NCBI GenBank assembly: GCA_015490175.1
Contig: WFYJ01000052.1
Coordinates: forward strand, 10,974-74,973
Direction of reading: 5' to 3'
Length of the DNA: 64,000 bases
Source of the DNA: Saprospiraceae bacterium
Lineage (GTDB): Bacteria; Bacteroidota; Bacteroidia; Chitinophagales; Saprospiraceae
The translations under genes were made by a program, and so were the position numbers. The notes beneath the pieces were generated by a model that worked only from the letters and a program-made list of their open reading frames with translations, made no database searches and was not told the origin of the DNA. The stretch's first letter is position 1. Each line of letters starts with the position of its first letter. This document shows, in pieces, positions 57,645 through 64,000 of this stretch.

Positions 57645-59600
57645 ATGGCAAACCGACGCAAGCACAGGGCCCAGCGCAAGGGCGCCGTTTCCCGAAAGGG
57701 AAAGAAAAAAACCGGGAAAACACTTTTTCCGGCGCACTTCTGGCGCCGCTGGGCCCTGCCGGGCCTGGCAGTGTGCGCGCTCGGCCTGAGCCTGTACCTG
57801 CAGACCATCCGTTTCGACTACAACCTCGACGACAAGCTGGTCATCACGCAGAACGAGTTCACGAAGAAAGGGCTGGCCGGCATTCCCGACCTGCTGTTCA
57901 AGGAGAGCTTTTCGGGCTTTCCGGGCTACAATCCCGACCTGATCGCGGGGGCGCGCTACCGCCCCCTGTCGCTGGTCACCTTTGCCATCGAATACGAGCT
58001 TTTCGGGCTGCGCCCCGATATCAGCCACTTCGTCAATGCGCTGCTCTACGCCCTGACGCTGCTGGTGGTGCTGCGCGTTCTGGTGATGTTTCTGCCGGCA
58101 AAGGGCAGCCCCTGGCTGTCGGCGGCCTTTGCCGGGGCCGTCCTTTTCGCGCTGCATCCCGTCCATACCGAGGTGGTGAGCAATATCAAGGGGCGCGACG
58201 AGCTGCTGGCCCTGTTCTTTGCGCTGGGCGCACTTTACTATTCGCTGCGCCATGCGGCCACCAGGCGCCGGCTGCCCCTGGCCAGTGCGGCTATGTTGAT
58301 GTTTCTGGGCATGATGTCCAAAGAAAATGCCATCACTTATATGGCCGTGGTGCCGCTGGCCCAGTTCGTGCTGCTGCGGGCCTCGTGGCGCACCATGATG
58401 CGCACGGTGGCCGTTCTGGCCCTGCCCGTACTGGCCTACCTGTGGCTGCGCATCGAGGCCGTGGGTTACCTGTTCAACCCCGATGCCCCCGTGCAGTCGC
58501 TCATGAACAACCCCTTCCTCGAAGCCACGCTCGAAGAGCGCATGGCCACCATCATCTACACGCTGGGGCTGTACGTCAAATTGCTGTTCTTCCCCCACCC
58601 GCTCACGCACGACTACTACCCCTACCACATTCCGCTCATGCACTGGACCGACTGGCAGGTGTGGCTGTCACTGGTCCTGTACGCAAGCATGACGTGGTGG
58701 GCCCTGCGCACGCTCCCGCGCCGTACGGTGCCGTCCTTTGCCATCCTGTACTTTCTGGCCACCCTATCCATCGTGTCCAACATTCTGTTCCCCGTCGGCA
58801 CCTTCATGAACGAGCGCTTCCTCTACATGCCCTCGCTGGCATTTCCGCTCTTTTTCGGTTGGTTTGCCTTTCGGCAAATGCCGCCATGGCTGGCTCGCTA
58901 CCAGCCTGCTTTCGCAAAATGGAGCCCGCTGCTGCTCAGTGCCGCCTTCGCGCTGGGCTTCGCCTGGAAATCGCTGGAGCGCATCCCCGCCTGGCGCAAC
59001 GAGTACACCCTGAACAAGGCCGCCATCGAGGTCTCGAAAAACTCGGCCCGCGCCAACACCTTCTATGCCTACACCCTCTACCGCATGGCCGTGGACACTG
59101 CCGACATCGAGGCCAAACGCCGGCTCATCGCCGAAGCCGAACCACATGTGGACAAAGCCCTGTCCATCTATCCGCAATATTCCGACGCCTTGCGCACCAA
59201 GGCCGGCATCCGCGCCCTCTACTACCAGCTCGACGGCAATCTCGACCAACTGCTGGCCGACTTCGCCGAAGTGGCGCGCAAAGGCTGGGTGGATTTTCTG
59301 GATACCTACATGAAATACCTCAATGGCCGTGCACCCGCCGAAAAGTTGATCCCGTTCTACCACAAGGTGGGCTACGAGATCTTTTTCCGCGAAAAAGGCG
59401 ACCTCGCGCACGCCATACAGTACCTGCAAATGGGCCTCGAACTCGAGCCGCAAAACCCGCAACTGCTCAAGGACCTCGCATTGGTCCATGCCCGGTCGGG
59501 CAATGCCCGACTGGCGCTGCAATACGCCCAGGCGGCCCTCGCAGCCAATCCCGACGACGCGGAGCTGATCGAGCTGCTGCAACAGACAAATGGACAGTAA
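57645..59600 (+). CDS. polytopic membrane protein with C-terminal TPR repeats (DUF1736 / TMTC-like putative glycosyltransferase)
   Basis: ATG at 57645 (MANRRKHRAQRKG...). About 10 TM segments with ..YNLDDKLVITQNEF.. and ..HPVHTEVVSNIKGRDELL.., then TPR-like repeats. Confidence 0.8.
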   Translation: MANRRKHRAQRKGAVSRKGKKKTGKTLFPAHFWRRWALPGLAVCALGLSLYLQTIRFDYNLDDKLVITQNEFTKKGLAGIPDLLFKESFSGFPGYNPDLIAGARYRPLSLVTFAIEYELFGLRPDISHFVNALLYALTLLVVLRVLVMFLPAKGSPWLSAAFAGAVLFALHPVHTEVVSNIKGRDELLALFFALGALYYSLRHAATRRRLPLASAAMLMFLGMMSKENAITYMAVVPLAQFVLLRASWRTMMRTVAVLALPVLAYLWLRIEAVGYLFNPDAPVQSLMNNPFLEATLEERMATIIYTLGLYVKLLFFPHPLTHDYYPYHIPLMHWTDWQVWLSLVLYASMTWWALRTLPRRTVPSFAILYFLATLSIVSNILFPVGTFMNERFLYMPSLAFPLFFGWFAFRQMPPWLARYQPAFAKWSPLLLSAAFALGFAWKSLERIPAWRNEYTLNKAAIEVSKNSARANTFYAYTLYRMAVDTADIEAKRRLIAEAEPHVDKALSIYPQYSDALRTKAGIRALYYQLDGNLDQLLADFAEVARKGWVDFLDTYMKYLNGRAPAEKLIPFYHKVGYEIFFREKGDLAHAIQYLQMGLELEPQNPQLLKDLALVHARSGNARLALQYAQAALAANPDDAELIELLQQTNGQ

Positions 59601-59686
59601 AGCCTGGCCGGACACAAAAAAGCAAGGCCCGAGGCCTTGCCGAAAATTGAAAAAAGGCTAATGGTAATCTTTCAGACGCGCCGCCC

Positions 59687-60157
59687 TCAGGAAAGGGAAA
59701 CAGAATTGGAACGTTTCCCGGCCCGACGTCGGCGAATCATCTCTTTGAGCCCGGGATCGTCATATACCCACGAAAGCGCCTCTGCGAGTTCCGGAACAGA
59801 CTCGGCATGGTGTACGGGCAAGTTGATGATGCCATTCCACACGCCCGGCTTGCGCGCCGACACGGCCGTCAGCACGACCCCCTCCTCACGGGCCAGAGGG
59901 GGAAGCGCATCGGGATCCAATGCCAGCCACAGGTCGGGCCGCAGGTCGCCGTGCTCCAGTTCATCGGAATAGAGGCTTACAGATGGAATGTGCATCTCGG
60001 GCATCGGGATGTCCCGCCCGGATATCACCCAGTTCACCTTCAATCTTTTTCTTCGACCCGGACTGAGTGCCTCGTAAAAGCGCTCCACGGCGCTTACGGC
60101 CGTGCGGTTCTGGCTGGGGGAAGCACCCAATACCACAGCAAGCACTGTTTCTCTCAT
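59687..60157 (-). CDS. hypothetical protein (156 aa)
   Basis: The track ORF starts at GTG 60202; the first ATG is at 60157 (MRETVLAVVLGASP..). It is more protein-like than the antisense ORF 59807..60352, and I recognise no family. Confidence 0.45.
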   Translation of the reverse strand: MRETVLAVVLGASPSQNRTAVSAVERFYEALSPGRRKRLKVNWVISGRDIPMPEMHIPSVSLYSDELEHGDLRPDLWLALDPDALPPLAREEGVVLTAVSARKPGVWNGIINLPVHHAESVPELAEALSWVYDDPGLKEMIRRRRAGKRSNSVSLS

Positions 60158-60487
60158 AACACCTCTGAATGTGGGGGCAATCCAGAGATCACCTCGGTTC
60201 ACCGCCGAAATACTCGGCCGGATGCTGTTTGTGCGGGATTACAATTTGTCGGAAGGAAAACGGAGGCCGATGGACCTGGTTGTTATTGCATAGCAAATAC
60301 AATTATTAGTATTTTTTTGAATAAATTTTTCTTCAATCCGCTTTGTTTGTGACAACAAAACCACAACCATATCACTCAAAAAAATATCCGATCAAAAACC
60401 AAACACCTGAATATCACTAAATTACAAAGCAACTGTCATCAATAGGCCGGATGTTTTCCCGGCCCGACATCCATCCGGGTTCAGTTT

Positions 60488-60533
60488 GGTGACAAATGTC
60501 ACCCTGCAGCAAACATCACAATCGTTAGATTTG
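60488..60533 (+). promoter_or_regulatory. candidate promoter with an overlapping palindromic operator upstream of the beta-barrel/FMN-binding gene pair
   Basis: Perfect 7-2-7 palindrome GGTGACAAATGTCACC (60488-60503). A TAgaTTTG -7 box lies at 60526-60533 and the ATG at 60601. A second GTGACA-containing quasi-palindrome gtttgtgacaacaaaac lies near 60343-60359. Confidence 0.4.
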
Positions 60534-60600
60534 CGGCATGATTTATTTTGACTAAGTCTAAATAATGCTTGCATTCAACAAATCGAAAAACTGAGATCCA

Positions 60601-61815
60601 ATGAGAGGGAAAACGCTACTGGTAGTTGTACTCGGTTTTTTGCCGTTCTGCGTGGAGGGAGTGCTGGCCCAGGCCACGGACAGCATTCAGGGCTACATTT
60701 ACTTCAACACGGCGGAGCGACTGCTGCGCACCCGGGGCAATCTGAAGATCGGCGGGTATGGCGGGCCGCATTACAACCAGCCGCTGTCGGGTAGCACGCG
60801 GCGTCAGGGCATACTGGACGTGCACCGCTTCATCATGCTGATGGGCTACCAGTTCGACAAGCGCACGCAGTTCATCACCGAGATGGAGTTCGAGCACACC
60901 AACCAGGTGTATGTCGAACAGGCCTTTCTGGAATACCGCGTAAACCGGGGGCTCAGCCTGCGGGGCGGTCTGGTGCTCATTCCGATGGGCATCATCAATC
61001 TGTATCACGAGCCCGTGGTATTCAATGGCGTAGAGCGGCCATTGCTGGATGCCTACCTTGTGCCCAGCACCTGGCGCGAGATCGGTCTGGGTGTTTCGGG
61101 GCTGGTTTTGCCGCTTTCGATCAAGTATCAGGCATATGTAGTCAATGGTTTCAAGAGCTTCGACGGGCAGGCCACCATTGGCGGGGCCACCGGCCTGCGC
61201 AACGGCCGGCAGAATGCGTCGAATGCTTTTGCCTATACGCCCAACTTTACCGGTCGTGTGGAGTACTTCGGACTGCGCGGGCTCAACCTGGCGGTTTCCG
61301 GATATTTCGGTCCTACCCAGAGCACGCTGTACGAAGGACTGCCCCGGGCCGATGAGGCGGCCCGGGCACGTGCCGACTCATCGGTCGTGGGCGTGCGCAT
61401 GCTCGGCTTCGATGCCCGCTACAGCTACAAGGGGCTCAAGCTGATGGGACAGGTGTACTACACCAGCCTGACGAACACGAAAGCGTACAACGCCTTTACC
61501 GCCGACAAAAACGGCGGCAACCTGGGCAAAGCCATGTTCGGCTACTTCGTAGACCTCGGCTACGACCTGTTGCGCACGGCCGATACCGACAAGCAGCTCA
61601 TCGCTTTCGTGCGCTATTCCAACTTCGACACCCACTTCAAGGTGGACGAGCTACTGAGCGCCAACCCCGCCTACGACCGCACGGTGATCACCACGGGCCT
61701 GACGATGTTCCTCACGCGCGGCGCCAACGTCAAGGCCGACGTGCAGTGGCAAACGGACGAAAGCACCGATGAATGGCAAACGACCTTCAACACCGGTTTC
61801 GGCATCATGTTCTGA
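60601..61815 (+). CDS. outer-membrane beta-barrel (porin-like) protein
   Basis: Signal peptide, alternating beta-strand pattern and a C-terminal ..FNTGFGIMF aromatic terminus typical of OM barrels. Confidence 0.75.
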   Translation: MRGKTLLVVVLGFLPFCVEGVLAQATDSIQGYIYFNTAERLLRTRGNLKIGGYGGPHYNQPLSGSTRRQGILDVHRFIMLMGYQFDKRTQFITEMEFEHTNQVYVEQAFLEYRVNRGLSLRGGLVLIPMGIINLYHEPVVFNGVERPLLDAYLVPSTWREIGLGVSGLVLPLSIKYQAYVVNGFKSFDGQATIGGATGLRNGRQNASNAFAYTPNFTGRVEYFGLRGLNLAVSGYFGPTQSTLYEGLPRADEAARARADSSVVGVRMLGFDARYSYKGLKLMGQVYYTSLTNTKAYNAFTADKNGGNLGKAMFGYFVDLGYDLLRTADTDKQLIAFVRYSNFDTHFKVDELLSANPAYDRTVITTGLTMFLTRGANVKADVQWQTDESTDEWQTTFNTGFGIMF

Positions 61816-61876
61816 TCACCTCCGGGCGGGAAGCGAGCATGCAGCAGGGTGCTTCCCGCCGCAAATATTTCCCGCT

Positions 61877-62488
61877 ATGAATCGCATCCTCCTGGCCTTT
61901 TCTGCACTGGTATGGGTGTCTGCCAGCTACCTCATCCAGGACATCAACTACCGCCCGCGCCTGTTGCTCAAGGTACTGAAAAAGTACGACGTGCCGGGCT
62001 TTGAGGCACTGCAGCCTCTCCCCGTACCGCACTACGGCCCCACACCGGGCAAGTACTTTGAGATCCGCACGCCCGAATCGGAAGTGCGCTACGTGTACGT
62101 AGGGCGCGTGAACAGTTGCCGCACCGGCGGCTGCAATGAGCCCGACAAACCGATCGATCCCGGGCAACTGGAAAGCGAATTTTTTGACTATTTCCTGCTC
62201 TTCGACGAAACGGTACACGTGCGCGCCATCCGCGTGTACAACTACGAAGCCAGCTACGGCTACGAAATCACCGCGCCCGGCTGGCTCCGCCAGTTCCTCG
62301 GCTACGACGGAACACGCGAACTGATCGTCGGAAAGGATGTCGATGCCATCACCGGCGCTACCGTGTCGGTCTATGCCATCACGGCCGACGTCGAAACCAG
62401 AACACGGCAGTTGCAAGAGTGGCTGGAGAAGAACCGCCAGCCCACCGTAGATTCATCGGCGGCAGACGGTGAAGAAAAGGTACATTGA
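61877..62488 (+). CDS. FMN-binding domain protein (membrane-anchored)
   Basis: ATG at 61877 (MNRILLAFSALVWVSASYL, an anchor). VDAITGATVSVYAIT is the FMN_bind covalent-flavinylation-type motif. Confidence 0.8.
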   Translation: MNRILLAFSALVWVSASYLIQDINYRPRLLLKVLKKYDVPGFEALQPLPVPHYGPTPGKYFEIRTPESEVRYVYVGRVNSCRTGGCNEPDKPIDPGQLESEFFDYFLLFDETVHVRAIRVYNYEASYGYEITAPGWLRQFLGYDGTRELIVGKDVDAITGATVSVYAITADVETRTRQLQEWLEKNRQPTVDSSAADGEEKVH

Positions 62489-62512
62489 CCAGTGGGCAAG
62501 CTGTCAGCAAGG

Positions 62513-62734
62513 GGTAGTGTCCCCGATCAACTGATTTTAGACTGCGTTTTCTGTGGCCGAAGGCTGCGGTTTCAATGGATGAGGAACCGAGGAACCGAGG
62601 ATTTGAGGATTTGAGCAAGCACCTGATAGTCAATGCAAAAAACGCTCAACGCTACACGCTCAACCCTCAACGATTCACCTTTCTGCAGCCGGTTTATTCT
62701 CGGGATGCGCGATCCTTTATTCAAGGACACCACC
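62513..62734 (-). mobile_element. complete family-A MITE-like unit (reverse orientation), 20 nt upstream of murF
   Basis: GGTAGTGTCCccgatcaactgattttagactg.. at 62513 and ..ggatgcgcgatcctttattcaaGGACACCACC ending at 62734. The interior has the same module order as the 12477 unit, reverse complemented. Confidence 0.6.
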
Positions 62735-62753
62735 TTGCCCTACCTTTGCAGCC

Positions 62754-64000
62754 ATGCCCTATCGCATACGTACCATAGCCGAGGTGATTGGCGCCGAGGT
62801 GTTGCAGATGCCGCACCCCGAAGCCGAGGTGTCCCACCTGCTGCTCGACAGTCGGCAGGTGGTGTTTCCGCGCGTTTCGCTCTTTTTTGCGTTGCGCGGG
62901 CGGCGCCTCGACGGACACGACTTCGTGCAGGAGGCCTGGCAGCAGGGCGTGCGCCACTTCGTGGTGGAGCGCCTTCCGGCAAATGCCACCCTGACGGGTG
63001 CCACCATCCTGCGCGTGTCCGACGCGCTGGCGGCGCTCCAGCAACTGGCCGCCTGGCACAGAAGCCACTTCTCGATGCCGGTGGTGGGCATCACGGGCAG
63101 CAACGGCAAAACCATCGTCAAGGAATGGCTCTACCAGTTGCTGCATCCTTTCGTGCAGGTGGTGCACAACCCGCGCAGCTACAACAGCCAGTCGGGCGTG
63201 CCCCTTTCCGTCTGGCAGCTCGACGCGCGCCACGAGCTGGCCATCTTCGAGGCGGGTATTTCCCGGAAGGGCGAGATGGAGCGGTTGGCCGCCATCATCC
63301 GGCCCACCATCGGTCTGTTTACCACGCTGGGGCCTGCCCACGACGAAGGGTTTGCCGACAGGCAGGAGAAGTTGAGGGAGAAGCTGAAGCTCTTCGCGAC
63401 GGCCGAGCTGATCGTCGCCTGCCGCGACCAGCAGGAGGTGTGGCCGGTGCTGCAGGAGCAGTTTGCCGACAGGCGTCTCTTCTCGTGGTCGCGTACCGAG
63501 ACGGCGGCCGATATGCTGGTGGTGCACGAAGAGGTGTGCGACCAGCACACCCGTCTGCGGGTGCGCCTGCCGGGCGGCATGGTCGGGCTGGAGGTGCCTT
63601 TTGCCGACAGGGCCAGTGTGGAAAATGCGCTGCACTGCCTGGCGCTGTGTGTCGTGCTGGGATATGTCACGCCCGAGCTGGTGGGCCGCTTCGCTCGTCT
63701 GGAGCCGGTGGCCATGCGCCTCGAACTCAAGGAGGGTGTGCAGCAGTGCCTGGTCGTCAACGACAGCTACAATGCAGACCTGGGGTCGCTGGCCATCGCC
63801 CTTCAGTTTCTGGAGCAGCAGGGCAATCGGCCTCGCCGCACACTCATCCTGTCCGACATCCTGCAGAGTGGGCGCAACGCAACGGTGCTCTACCGCGACG
63901 TGGCCCGTCTCGTGGCCGGCCACGGCATCGACCGTTTTGTTGGTGTCGGGCAGGCGGTGCGGGCCGCAGCGACCCATTTGCCGAAAGGCATGGAGACGGC
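62754..64000 (+). CDS. murF: UDP-N-acetylmuramoyl-tripeptide--D-alanyl-D-alanine ligase (probably the N-terminal half of the MurF-alanine racemase fusion common in Bacteroidota); 3' end outside the window
   Basis: Translated by hand from ATG 62754: MPYRIRTIAEVIGAEVL...FFALRGRRLDGHDFV...VVGITGSNGKTIVKEW...SYNSQSGVPLS.., open to the window end. It is not in the ORF track because no stop is reached. Confidence 0.9.
   Translation, partial: MPYRIRTIAEVIGAEVLQMPHPEAEVSHLLLDSRQVVFPRVSLFFALRGRRLDGHDFVQEAWQQGVRHFVVERLPANATLTGATILRVSDALAALQQLAAWHRSHFSMPVVGITGSNGKTIVKEWLYQLLHPFVQVVHNPRSYNSQSGVPLSVWQLDARHELAIFEAGISRKGEMERLAAIIRPTIGLFTTLGPAHDEGFADRQEKLREKLKLFATAELIVACRDQQEVWPVLQEQFADRRLFSWSRTETAADMLVVHEEVCDQHTRLRVRLPGGMVGLEVPFADRASVENALHCLALCVVLGYVTPELVGRFARLEPVAMRLELKEGVQQCLVVNDSYNADLGSLAIALQFLEQQGNRPRRTLILSDILQSGRNATVLYRDVARLVAGHGIDRFVGVGQAVRAAATHLPKGMET

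Noticed and set aside
60488-60503. matS- or CRP-type site (GTGAC..GTCAC)
   Set aside because: The spacing (4 nt between GTGAC and GTCAC) fits neither matS (GTGAC-N3-GTCAC, enterobacterial) nor the CRP consensus TGTGA-N6-TCACA. It is kept only as a generic candidate operator.

Overview
This is a visibly GC-rich chromosomal segment that I attribute to Bacteroidota. The grounds are a T9SS type-B (gliding-motility) C-terminal sorting domain, TAnnTTTG -7 promoter boxes, an S46 dipeptidyl-peptidase, DUF4293, a BatE-like protein and the MurF N-terminus of what is probably a MurF-Alr fusion.

I call about 50 CDS. Most are single-copy housekeeping or envelope genes: ilvA 3' end, lpxB, surE, hemH, hemF, hemB, purL, rplU-rpmA, holA, murF, an acyl-CoA dehydrogenase, alkaline phosphatase, two sigma-70-family factors, a sensor kinase, NtrC-type and LytTR-type response regulators, a K+ channel and a 1505-aa T9SS adhesin. 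There is one tRNA-Lys(UUU). I saw no rRNA, CRISPR array, integrase, transposase or prophage genes.

Findings in rough order of interest:
1. At 18 loci, about half of the intergenic gaps are assembled from one shuffled kit of roughly a dozen short repeat modules (hairpins, 4-9 nt tandem arrays, MITE-like units). One complete unit has terminal inverted repeats and a possible 7-nt target duplication.
2. The motif GCCTTTCGGCAAATG(CCGCC) recurs identically inside unrelated CDS, in different frames and strands, and also in intergenic DNA.
3. A PD-(D/E)XK nuclease + Upf1/Dna2-like SF1B helicase (1125 aa) sits with an unrecognisable 247-aa partner next to tRNA-Lys.
4. A LytTR regulator is followed by an untracked 56-aa ORF that has its own strong terminator.
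5. Ribosomal protein L27 carries a 124-aa C-terminal helix-hairpin-helix extension.
6. An AT-rich islet carries a GH26-like lipoprotein gene.

All functional calls rest on reading the translated ORFs. No database search was possible.
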